A stretch of 64,000 bases of DNA from Phoronis australis (lineage: Eukaryota > Animalia > Phoronida), in contig NMRA01000026.1 of the NCBI GenBank assembly GCA_002633005.1, positions 829,073 to 893,072 on the forward strand, given 5' to 3'. Below the pieces are notes generated by a model. That model was not told the origin of the DNA. It saw only the letters and a list, made by a program, of their open reading frames with translations, and did no database searches. Positions 1 through 10,908 of the stretch are shown here, in pieces; position 1 is the first letter of the stretch, and every line of letters starts with the position of its first letter. A program made the translations under genes and the position numbers.

Positions 1-664
1 CATTCATTTGGTGGTTACATACCTTGACAAAATGAGAAAATAGCGGAGTTTCACTTATCTGTCATATTGTGTCCTACATTAGTGAGAGTTTATTGTAGAT
101 CTGTCACTCTGAACCATTGGGAACATCTTCCTTCGAGTGAGAATTCTAGTTAGAGATCATAGAGTTTGAATGCAGATATCAAGCTGGTCTATTGGTTGAA
201 ACCTTTTCTGGCAGTCTTTTGTCCAGCTTCATGCCTGATGTCAGGCAGCAATCAGCACCACACAAAAGCAAATTCTGAGGTCATTATTCTTGATGATGCA
301 GAGGCTCAATGCCTGCTTTTCCTGTATTTTCGTATTGACAAAGTGACATTGTTGCTGGGTCTTGAATGGGAAGGGTTGTCAACTTGAGGGACTTTTTGAG
401 TGAGCAGGGGTCAAATATAAAATTGAAATTAGGTCGACTGACAATTTTGCGTGATCATAATTTGTCACAAACGAATTCATATGAATGAGGTAAATGTGCT
501 TTAAACGTTTGATAAGAATTCACGTTTATGAATTTTAATTTTTCATGCAAGGTTTATCATCGTCAGGAAAATTTATGATCGGATCACTGAGAGATGATAA
601 ATGCTCAGAAGAGATAGCGCCCTGAATGTTCGTTTGTGATCAGCCTGATATAAATTTGTATCGA

Positions 665-736
665 CCAAAAGGGGGTGTAGGACTTGGAATTGAACAGGCC
701 CCCTGTGATACACAGTGCCCAACCATTGTGGACCAG
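665..736 (-). mobile_element. Degenerate tRNA-derived SINE head
   Basis: Minus strand reads TGGTCCACAATGG (A-box-like) ... GTTCAATTCC (B-box-like) at tRNA-like spacing; no complete cloverleaf. Confidence 0.35.
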
Positions 737-1026
737 TCAGAGTCATGAACCATTTGAGAATAGATTTATTTAGTGGTTAGGAAAATTTATTTTTGTGTGA
801 CTTGTGACTCCAAGCCGCACAGCATCTACCATCCAATTGCATGCACAATCACCTCTAACTCGAAACTTAACCAATCACGCGTCATAATTCAAGATTTTGC
901 AAGTTTACTCGAATCGTGTCGTGCAATTGGTTCAGTTTCGAGTACATACAGTTGACCCCTTGCCTTGCAGATAAACAGACTATAGGTGTCACTTCGTTAC
1001 TTGCTACAATGAAACGATCATTTCAG

Positions 1027-1152
1027 ATCCAATCAGTCACACCTCTAGGCTTAGTTTGACCATATCAAATATTGAGGAGATGGATTATGGTGACTACACA
1101 TGTGTCGCATCAAACCATTTGGGTACGGTGAAAAAAACGGCCTCATTAATCA
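1027..1152 (+). CDS. Gene 1 exon: C-terminal half of an I-set Ig domain, DIP/Lachesin/IgLON-like cell-adhesion protein (upstream exons outside the window)
   Basis: Reads (D)PISHTSRLSLTISNIEEMDYGDYTCVASNHLGTVKKTASLI, with the LxI...DxGxYxCxAxNxLG Ig motif. Acceptor catttcag at 1026 (an in-frame AG at 978 is an alternative; the AG at 970 leads to TAA). Donor A|GTAAGT at 1152, phase 1. Confidence 0.85.
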
Positions 1153-2124
1153 GTAAGTATGAGTTCAAGTTGGCGTGAAGGAAACTTTTATTTTGTTGTG
1201 AAATTTCTTGGCTATAATTACGAATTAAGGAACTTTTATTAACTTGTCCGGTTTGAACAGGGTATCTACTATTAAACAACAGTTGGTAAAGTTATTTTTT
1301 GTGGCAATGTTAAGGCAGCTTTTGAGCAATTAGTAAAGGGACAATTTTGCATTGAAGTAACTGATGGTATATCATGAGGGGTGCACAATAATAGAGGGCT
1401 GGGGAGGCTATAGCCCTCCACTTTTTTCAGTGCTGCAGCTCCCACGTGCATGTTCTTCATTTTCAGATAAAAAATTGCGAATTTGGTTACTTTCGTAATT
1501 TTGTCTTTGCTGGAATATTATCAAATTATTCTGCACCTGTTGACGGTGTTAAAATCAGGGTTAATCTAAATAATTTGGCTTTAAACATTTAATATGTCTC
1601 ATTGGGAAACATAATCACCTGTGTGTTACATGGAGCATGCTAGATGCTTGGTCAACACTCTCGTCATAGGAATCCATGTTTGTTATCATTCAGAGTGCAT
1701 GATTATGTATTCTTCAACTTAGGGACAGGGATTTGGGAAAGACATGGTAAGATACCTAGCATGACACGTCGACCACATTGAGACTGGAGTCTCAGTCGGA
1801 TTGTTTCCAAGCGGGAAGTTTTCCCCCTGTCAGCTTTAAACATAGACGTGTCTGATTATCGTTCAAAGGCGCGGATTGAGTTTATCGAACATTGCGAACT
1901 GGATTGTAATCCGCATTTTCTCTGCTTAAACTGCTTTCGCGTAATTTACGTCCAATTATTTCGGCACTAAACGAGTGTTTGAGAGCACACGGGATGTGGT
2001 TATTGGCTGTCTGGTGGTGCCTGTGAAGAATAGGGGTAACCAGCGTTAACTCAATATTCGTGTCGTGGTTATGTTTGCAGCCGCTTTTTTGCCGCTATCA
2101 GTATTATCGCACGTGTGGCTATGC

Positions 2125-2165
2125 ATGTGTGTGTGTGTGTGCGTGTTCGTGTGCGTGTGCGTGTT
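2125..2165. repeat. (GT/GC)n microsatellite
   Basis: tgtgtgtgtgtgtgtgcgtgttcgtgtgcgtgtgcgtg. Confidence 0.8.
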
Positions 2166-2309
2166 CAGATTATAGACTGCACCAAGAATAAAATCGTCAT
2201 CCTGTAATGTCTCTAAATAGAAAACCTTCATGAGGTCGTAGGTACTCCGTGACAGCTGTGTAATTTGTTAAGCAGAAAATTTATCGAAATTTTATGTTGT
2301 TTGTTTCAG

Positions 2310-2330
2310 GGGAATTTAGTTCCACTACAA
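2310..2330 (+). CDS. Gene 1 candidate 21-nt micro-exon (R-E-F-S-S-T-T)
   Basis: tttatgttgtttgtttcag|GGGAATTTAGTTCCACTACAA|gtaaga; length is a multiple of 3, phase 1-1, open in the frame of both neighbouring exons. Confidence 0.6.
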
Positions 2331-3064
2331 GTAAGATGGGGGTTTGTCTTTACTAATGCATTAACTATTCCCTAGGTGGTGGTCAGTGGTTGAGATCTGG
2401 GTGCGGGATCTAATCTTTTTACTCGAAATTAAACTTACAATTATTTTTTGCATTTTCCTTTCTAAATTCATGTGATCTGTAGTTAAGTGTCTATTATTCT
2501 CTGCTCAAGTACATTTTTTTTATTTTCACGCGAATGAATTTCGATTCCAAGCTTGCACTTGGTAACCTTAGATTTCAACTCCAGTAAAAACGTGGCATTT
2601 CACGTAAAAGCTTGAAATTTCGAGCTCAGACTTGAATTTTTGGCCTCAATGATGGAGTCGTTCAATGAAAACTACGTAGGATTATCCAGTAATCCACATA
2701 AACCATTAATATGTACTCGAGCGTAGACATTTATCGTCACGAGAATTCACAAATATTCAATACGCCAACAATGATTTCAAGTTCGATATCGAGTAGAAAG
2801 ATGAGACCTCGGACCCTGACTGTGTAGACTTTAGTACTGATTTATGATGGAAAGAACGGCATGTCCTAACTCCTTCACGCCTGTGTGTGTGTGTTTTGGC
2901 ACTGACAGTCCATTTTGGTTTGAGGGTTCTTTTGTCTAGGATTGGAAGACCTAACAGACTTTAAGTGCATAAATTAAAAATGATGAGTTTTTCCGAGACT
3001 GTGATTGCTCTTCTGCACTTTTGAAATGAGCTAAGATTAAGCTTTGCCTTAAAATGACTGCTAA

Positions 3065-3315
3065 CAGTAAAATCTCACCAATTTAGGACCCGCAATGGCT
3101 GACAATTAAAATTTATTTCTTTGTGTTTTTTACGAAAGAAAAGTAGCACAAACCAAATGCTTTAACATTTCAATGTTCCGTTATACCTTACCTACTGTCA
3201 GACATTGTTATGAGAAAATGAGGACACTCCTTAAACCTTAGTAGCCTGTGAAATATGACGAAAGTTCAACGTTGACAATTATTTTTGTCCGAAATTGGCA
3301 ACTGAGATTTTACCG
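3065..3315. mobile_element. MITE, Tc1/mariner-like termini
   Basis: Imperfect TIRs CAGTAAAATCTCAccaattt.ggac / gtccgaaattgg..TGAGATTTTACCG followed by TA; related ends near 43490, 43690, 44440 and 44960. Confidence 0.5.
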
Positions 3316-3599
3316 TATATTGTACACTTAACGCTCGCCATCTTGTAAATTTTATGCTTTTCATCACTCACTTAACAATTGTAAAACCATGGTAACATGA
3401 CGTGTGTGCCATAAACATTTGACAAGGGCTGCGTTCTGTAGATCCCAGAATTTAAGATCAGATTAGACTTTTGTGAGATAGCCCCTTGCATTACATTACG
3501 ACCAACGCATGTGGTCGCACTAACTGTCCTCATGAGTTTCATGGGTGTCGGAATGCAGCCAAACACTCGCCATACATCTACTAAGCATTGGCTCCTTAA

Positions 3600-4494
3600 T
3601 GGCGAAGGCAACCTTTTTTCATGTCATTTTTAGCAAAAAGAAGGTTCGTTGGTTATCCCAGACATATTTTCCACTTAACTGCAGCTTTTCATAATTTAAT
3701 TAATTATTCGTTCTCTACTCTGGAAATGACGTTTTGGGAGGCAAGAATTTCTCGCCAATTTCTTTTCATATAGTCTGACTGTGAGAGCTGTCGAGTCAGT
3801 CAATGATCTACCTCCGTTGTGATAAGTTCGTTCGTCATTTGCTTTTGTTTACAAGTCAGTCAACATGTCACACTGTTTCTGCGTACCGGGGTGTACTCAT
3901 TATGGCCCAAAGGCTGTAAGCAGCCCTGCTGCGATGTTGAGTAGTGGGAGTGAATGCAGGCCCAGTGAAGAGTACAGTTCGTCGTTCAGTGAACAGATCG
4001 GTGAGCCAAACTTTGATAAGTTTATTGCGGACTTGTCTAAAGTATTGGAGCTATTTAGAAGATGCCATGTGTGTGGCGAGGAGTCACACGGCGGGGTGTA
4101 AGCAATTTGTGTGCTCACGTCACTATCCAGTGGGAATGTGTCGCGGGACACTCGGGCAAGTGGGACAGTTGCTCCACAGTCCGTGAGATGATAATGAGTA
4201 CATCCCAGTATGCAGCAACAGTGTGGCATGTTGACTGACTCCTAAACAAAAGTAAACGACGACCGAACTTATCACAACCAAGATATAACAATGACTGACT
4301 TGACAGCTCTCACAGTCAGACTATATGAAAAGAAATTGGCGCGAAATTCTTGCCTCCCAAAACTTAACTTCCGGAGTAGAGAACAAATAATTAATTAAAT
4401 TACAAAAAGCTGTAATTAAGTGGAAAACATGTCTGGGATAGCCAATGAACCTTATTTTTGCTAAAAAAGGCATGAAAAAAGGTTGCCTTTGCCT
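3600..4494. mobile_element. Internally deleted Kolobok-type DNA transposon with ~300-bp TIRs
   Basis: Inverted arms 3600-3903 and 4191-4494, flanked by TTAA at 3596-3599 and 4495-4498. Right terminus reads AGGCAAAGGCAACC. Contains a transposase remnant. Confidence 0.8.
3865..4190 (+). pseudogene. Transposase remnant: THAP N-terminus joined to a Kolobok-like Cys/His region
   Basis: MSHCFCVPGCTH resembles the THAP start MxxCxVPGC; KFIADLSKVLELFRRCHVCG follows, then after a frameshift VTIQWECVAGHSGKWDS. This pattern resembles Kolobok transposases. Confidence 0.65.
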
Positions 4495-5509
4495 TTAACA
4501 AGGCATGCATAATGAATTGAATGATGAGTTTGTGTGTAGAGTGCAATTTTAAGGATATCCTTTCTGCCTCGTTTTCATAAAATGTTCATGAAGCAAACTC
4601 TAACGCAAACCAGTTTACTCAAAGCTTATTTCCAACCGATGCTTTCGCAAGGTAATTTCAAGTTCTTAAAATAAAGATAATTTAACAATTATTGAATTCA
4701 CCAACAAAATGGTCGACTGTGAGTTCAATGACCAATTGCAACAACCTGACAAGAGCAGTTTCTCACGAGAGAAATGTACCCTAAGCTGTCAAGAGTTTTA
4801 GATTCACTTCCTTAAAAGGCTAATTTTGGGCACTTGAGGCTTTACCGAGGGTTGGCGACTCGACGGGGGCTGGACTTAGTGGTGATCAGGGGGGGATTAT
4901 CCTCTCAACCAAAACAGAATCCCATCTCGAAAGGCACAAGCACCTTTCCCCTCAAGTGAGTGAGGGCCCACTAGAAACTTATCCATGCCTTTTAATTTTT
5001 GCGAAAACCGGATTGTTGCAGTTTTCTAGTAGAAACAGCAATTTGTTCCTAAAACTTGAGGTAAAATATTGGAGTAAGTTTCCGGTGGATTATACCTGCA
5101 TTTTTCTTGATGAATGACAATATCTATCCCCTTATCAGCTTCTAATGTAAAAAGTTTTCTGTTAAGAACACTATACGATGGATGGGTGTTATATCATTTT
5201 GTCCAGGGCGCTAACAAAGTTATAGAAATTTAAAATTTTACTTTGTTGCTGGCATAGTTGGGGCACTTCAGCTGTTACAAAACGTTTTTACCATTAAGTA
5301 CACTTTTGAAAAATGAAGTGGCTATTATTTTTAACCAAACTGAGGAAATTCCACTGGTTTTTCAGATTGTTACTAAACTTGTCACCTGCTTGAGACAATG
5401 ATGTAAAGCTCGGACATTGAACATTTGTCTGCCATGGAACACGGTTCCTTCCAAATAAATCAATGAGTGTGAACTCATTCTCACCTCCAAGTCCTTGTCT
5501 AATTCTCAG

Positions 5510-5728
5510 GGTGGACTGACACTGCCAAGCCGAGCAATGACCAGCCACAGGCGAGCGTGCGGTCTACTACGCCCCTCACGATCATGAGCAGCAGTGTCAC
5601 AGACAAGAGGAGTACATCGCCTACCGTCGGAAGTACCAAGGCCGATGTGAGCACGAGACGAAAACAACCTGTCGAACCGACATATAAAATAATCGATGAA
5701 GAAGATAAAACTGCAAATAAAGAGTCCA
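5510..5728 (+). CDS. Gene 1 exon: Ser/Thr-rich mucin-like stalk
   Basis: ttgtctaattctcag|GG...TCCA|gtaagt; phase 1-1, 219 nt, open: (R)WTDTAKPSNDQPQASVRSTTPLTIMSSSVTDKRSTSPTVGSTK...NKES. Confidence 0.8.
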
Positions 5729-7065
5729 GTAAGTATTCTTTTTCGAACTCTTTGCACAACTTCCGGATTTTTGACTGATCATGCAACTTGACATTTTGTT
5801 TGATAAGTTGCTTAACGGATCTGGGCTAGGTGGAAATTCACTGCTCGATCATTGAGCGAACATCAGGCAAATCTTCCGCTAACAGAATTTGCACCCAATT
5901 GGACAAGAAAGTGTGCACTGTTTACCCCCAGAGTATCTAGCGAAGTCCTCTTCACATCAAAGGCTTGATGGCACTGTCACAAATTGAAGTAAGCTGGTCA
6001 CTATTCATGGGCTTAGCTGATCATGCTGAGATAATTGCAGCCGTAAACCAGCACGTGTGTTTAGAGTATAAGTTTCAAAATCAAAAATCCGACAATTAGG
6101 AACTTAAAGGTGTCTTTGAATGTTTAAAATGGATGCATTATAAGAGACATTTGCGAATAGGTTTTCTTCAGCATCGGGGCTAAGCCATGTGCAAAATTTA
6201 TGAATTTGTTATGAAATGTTAGTCTCAGTCTGGCATAGGCTCCCTTAGGCGTTGGGGTAACAAAACCCCAAATGTTAGCATAGGAGTTGTCTCATGAAGA
6301 GAACTTTTGAACACAATAGCCCATTGAATTTGTTTCTCATGGACTGTGTGGTCATGTCTGTAATGTCATTTACTATGAACCAGTTGATTGCCAGTAAAAA
6401 GATTTACCTGTAAGAGACATTATATTCTATGTAAACCGGATTGCTGGAGAAAATTCAAAGTAGCAATTTACATGACTTCCATCGAGGAAACTTAATTTCT
6501 TATTCAGACCCCTTTTACGCTGTAAAACTGTTCTCTACATGTTCGGCTCAACTCATATAAAAGTAGTTTCTAGACTTTCTAGACTTGGAAAGAAGTGGCA
6601 TTTCATTATTGTGTAATATTGTGTTCAGCTCATGAAGTTGCACCTTGTGATAAGCCAAATTATAGAGCTGACTCCAGATCAGTTTGTCATTTCTTTCTAA
6701 TTGGGTTCTCTGTTGACGTACAGTTTCACCAAAATCAAAGTTATCGTGGGGTTTAAGGGAAGCCAGTCGGACTGAGAGATGATAGCATATTTTGTGACTG
6801 ATCATTGAATATAAAAAGTGACTTTTTTTCAAGATGGCTAACATTGAAGAAGGTTTTGTATGTGAAAGATATAAAGATAAATAAATCCCACTTAATTTTC
6901 CCAAATAGTTGATGATCTAGTTTTATTATCTGTCATGCTTCTCAAACATGGAAATGGTTCTTAGCAGCTTACTAATAAGCTGCTAAACAACATAGCATCA
7001 CATCTCCTCCTATTGGCAGCAAAATAAACGTTTTAAGCCCTGCAATGTATATCTTGTTATTACAG

Positions 7066-7163
7066 GTGTGGGGCAAAGCAAGCCTCACAATACTGGACTG
7101 CGAATCTCCTCATCCGTCTTCTCTCCATTTGTTGTTCTTGTGATCTGGGCAGTATGGAACTGA
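7066..7163 (+). CDS. Gene 1 terminal exon: GPI-anchor-signal-like hydrophobic C-terminus
   Basis: tcttgttattacag|GT, phase 1; SVGQSKPHNTGLRISSSVFSPFVVLVIWAVWN-stop (TGA 7161-7163). Confidence 0.75.
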
Positions 7164-7745
7164 TGTCACCAATAGGCGTCACCAGCTGCCAGTCACCATT
7201 AGGTGTCGCCAGCTGTCATTTTAACCCTGGAAGAAATACTCCTAACAAGCTCTATTCAGCGACAATGCGAGACTGATTTGAAAATTTTAGACTTATCGCG
7301 AATTCCTTCTATCATTAGACGACATCCTTTGATGACAGAATACAACCCACTACATTAGGTGTATGTGTGAACTTGAAATGAGTCAAAAGCATCATTCTGT
7401 AGATGTCTAGGCTTTCATAACTTCTCAACATCACTGCTTAAAAAGCTCCGATATTGCAGAGCTCATGTTGATGATATTATAGTAGTGTCGACCAAAAATA
7501 CTGCTGCAACTCTTCTCTGATTTGGCACTTAAAAGTAAAAAGGTCAAAATGGTTGTTTTTCTATTTTTGAAAGACTCTTTGTATTATTTTGCACCAAATA
7601 ACAGAGGCTTTACCAGTATTATCCATGATACTGAAGGACTAAACTTTTTTAATTTAGCAAAATATAATTACCTGCTTCTGCCGTATTGTGTGCTAAACAG
7701 TTGAAGAGTTATCGTAGTAGTAATTTCATTATTTTCAGTGATTGA

Positions 7746-7751
7746 AATAAA
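7746..7751 (+). terminator. Candidate polyadenylation signal of gene 1
   Basis: AATAAA about 580 nt after the stop codon, followed by T/GT-rich sequence. Confidence 0.4.
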
Positions 7752-8680
7752 AGACGTTTCACCATATTTGGTTTAAATAGTTTTATCAATAGGTGGCGTA
7801 TAGTCCTCCAAGAATATTCAAAATTGTAACTTAAACCTTGTTTTGCTTTCACTGAAACAAAGTTTGAAAATATTCTGACATGCCATTATGTTTGTATGGT
7901 GCACATGAATTGCTGGGAAAGCGAGGTGGGATGCCATCTATTGGTATTATATTGTGCAATACTGTTAAGATATTGGATACGATGTGGCTCAATACTGCTG
8001 TGGTATTGAATACATCAAACAATGTTAACTGTTTCGTGATATGTTCCATGACACATACAACCTTGTACAAGTCATGTAATTATAGCCAAGATTTGTCCTG
8101 AGAGATTACCTCACTTGGTCAAAGTTCAGCTTTAGTGGTCCACCTCAATGGCGTTTTCCCACCACCGTTGGATCAGCGCTGACTGGAAGTTGACTTGGTT
8201 GACACCTAGCAGTGTAGCCTGGTGGCCACGTTATGGTACTACACAATAGGTGTGGTCAAAGTATGACTGTAAGTTCTTCAGTTTGGGGAAAAAATGCCGT
8301 GCAAAAGCGGAATGTCGAATTAATATCTACAAATAAGGTGTGGAGAAATTTTGCTTTATCGTTGGCATGGTGTGTATGTCACTACAGTGCATTTGGTAGA
8401 ATTTTCGCCATTTGAACCATTGGTCTAAATCTTTGGGAAATAGAAAAATGACGATTCTGACACTTGTCTTTGTCCCAAGTTGGTAATTTTTTACCGTAAT
8501 CAAGCGTTAAAGCAGACAGGTTATTACATGATCTGTTACTGGACAGTGTCTCATGGGGCAGATTTTGGCTGTGCAAGAAGTGCAACGTTGCATAAGGGGT
8601 CTGTATCATGATAGTGACGTAAGACTTGAGACAGAAATTTGGTTTTAGGTTCCCACTTCAGGGTTGTTGAAAAAAGGTTT

Positions 8681-8775
8681 GGTCAAGTAATTATGAGTGC
8701 ATCGGTCAAGTAATTATGAGTGCATCGGTCAAGTAATTAGGAGTGCATCGGTTAAGTAATTATGAGTGCATCGGT
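8681..8775. repeat. 23-bp minisatellite, about 4 copies
   Basis: Unit GGTCAAGTAATTATGAGTGCATC in head-to-tail copies without spacers. Confidence 0.9.
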
Positions 8776-9389
8776 ATCCAGCAGTTGTGTGTACATACTC
8801 GGAGACCGCACTTTTGCTTGAGTGAGATTAAAATTATTTTTGAGGACTAGTAGTATGCATTGTAAGACCAAATTTCTTGCTTATAATCTTGAGTCAATTT
8901 CATGAAACGAAGCCCAGGGGATAATGATTGTGCCCTTGTCATTGCGTCAGGTTTGAATGTAGATTTTAGATTTTATTATTATAGAAATGTATTTTAAATG
9001 TTAAGCGTGATGCATTGGAATCGTGTCAGTGGTTATTATTATTATCAAAAGTGGATGGAAACCAGGCACACTCTGGGCTTACAACGAAGGACAAGCCATT
9101 TGGCTGTGGAGCCCGCTGGTTTTGTACCTTAGGACAGAAACAACTCCAGTGGGCGTGGTGTGGTCACAACATATTTGATTTAGGTTCTACTAGAACAGAC
9201 TTTCATGAAGCAATGGTGACCATGGCAACCAATCACGAAGTCACTTGCTTATACTGCCATCTAGCTGTTGAGAAGCGAATTCGCTGAGTCAAAAAATTTG
9301 TTGTAGATAGTTTAAGAATTCTATAATTTAAACGATAAGCGAATAGCGTAATGTCAAAATTATTTTTGTGGATTCGATAGTGATTTGCT

Positions 9390-9590
9390 GCCATATTATT
9401 GTCCTTGGTATAATAATTACATCTAATTATTGCATATAGTTGTTTCACATAATTATTACCTATAATAATTATATGTAATAATTCTATAATTACATGTAAT
9501 AATTATAAATAATATATATCTAATTATTACATATAACTATAACAGATAATTATATATAACAATTATATATAATAATTATTATGTATCGTA
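9390..9590. repeat. AT-rich low-complexity tract
   Basis: Repeated taattat/tataat/taattaca words. Confidence 0.7.
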
Positions 9591-10087
9591 ATACAGTATG
9601 AGCATAGCGATGAAATGTTACGTGCTCATCTTAATTTATTTACCGAACATTATACAGTCAAACTTGCATTTGTCAGATCCAAGTAGATCAAGAGATTTTA
9701 TATGACAAAGGTGAACTTCAACTTTCTAAAGTGTCAACTTTTTGCCAAGTTCATGAACTAGAACCGCCGTACCACGTAACTTCGTCTCGAGTTTAACAAA
9801 GGTCCACATTACGTACTAATACACGTATGCTCATTTCAATGAAAGTGGTAGACAATAACATTGAAATAATGTATGAACATTTTTCTGCATAGTCATAATT
9901 CTTGTTATGTCAACCACTGGGAATTAGAGGTTTGTTGTTGTACACACAGTTGGCAGTAGTTGTCCTATGTCTGTGTTAATGTTCTCCATTGCTTGGTGAA
10001 AGTCTTCCACTGTTTAAAGATGAAGTTTATGTAACATTATCAACTAAAACATTTTTAAATGTATTAAAAACACAATTTTTACATTAA

Positions 10088-10289
10088 AGCCACTTACAAT
10101 GCTGTCATATTTTTTGTTAGAATACACTTAGGTAGTTTTCTTACACAGTGATTGCAAATTCATAAATTTACGCCATCACATTTATTTATGAGTCAGACTT
10201 AATGGTCAACCCGTGTGTCGCGAATCATTGATGTACTCTGTTTGAAATGAACAATTATGATTTTGTGTAATTATTGCTGTATGGTGGCT
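10088..10289. mobile_element. Small TTAA-flanked MITE (Kolobok-like)
   Basis: TTAA-AGCCACTTACA ... TGTATGGTGGCT-TTAA. Confidence 0.5.
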
Positions 10290-10611
10290 TTAATGTTTAA
10301 AATTATTTTGTGAGAGGAGTGTATATATGCACTTCCGTAGTCTGTATTAGGAATCATAATTAGTGAACTGTTGAATCAAAGGTGCTTTAGGTATAATTAG
10401 GCTTCATTTCACTTGAATGCAAAGACTGTTGCTTATCGATGCATTTATTGTGATACATATACTAGAATCTTATAGTAGATGTGTTTTATATAATGTCCCA
10501 ATTTGTTGTTGGCAGAATGTGTTTCGTTTTTATTTGATATTCATTTTACTATGTGCCAATTACTTGTCATTTTTATTTTTTAAATATCAAAATATGATCA
10601 AAGCCATGATT

Positions 10612-10908
10612 TCTAAGCTTTACCCCAGTCTTGACTTGAAAATTAACCAATCACTGACACGTGCTGGGTAAACTTTCAGAATTTCACGCAATGCGATTGG
10701 TGGATTTTCAGCCAAGTCTTCAGTGAAGTTTGATAGTCCTGGAGCCTGTTCCAAGAAACTGACTTAAGTTCATTTTTGACTTAAGTCTAAGATTTGTCTT
10801 AACTTCCAAACTTTGAAACATCCACGTCCGGCAAGATAGTCAAAATTAAGACAAAGCTTGTAACAAAAACTTAAGTCAAACTTAAAATCTCTTTCTAGAA
10901 ACGGTCTT
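10612..10908. repeat. Two adjacent palindromic MITE-like elements
   Basis: Arms cttgaaaattaaccaatc / gattggtggattttcagccaag, and gacttaag-rich inverted arms at about 10745-10905. Confidence 0.45.

Noticed and set aside
150-410. Possible transposase C-terminal remnant on the minus strand (..KYRKSRH*ASASSRIMTSE..)
   Set aside because: Several stops and only vague resemblance; it cannot be supported without a search.
971-1026. Longer version of the gene 1 Ig exon using the AG at 970
   Set aside because: It gives an in-frame TAA at 972-974, so the downstream acceptors are preferred.
8681-8775. 23-bp repeats resembling a CRISPR array
   Set aside because: Units are contiguous with no unique spacers, the context is eukaryotic, and there are no cas genes; it is a minisatellite.
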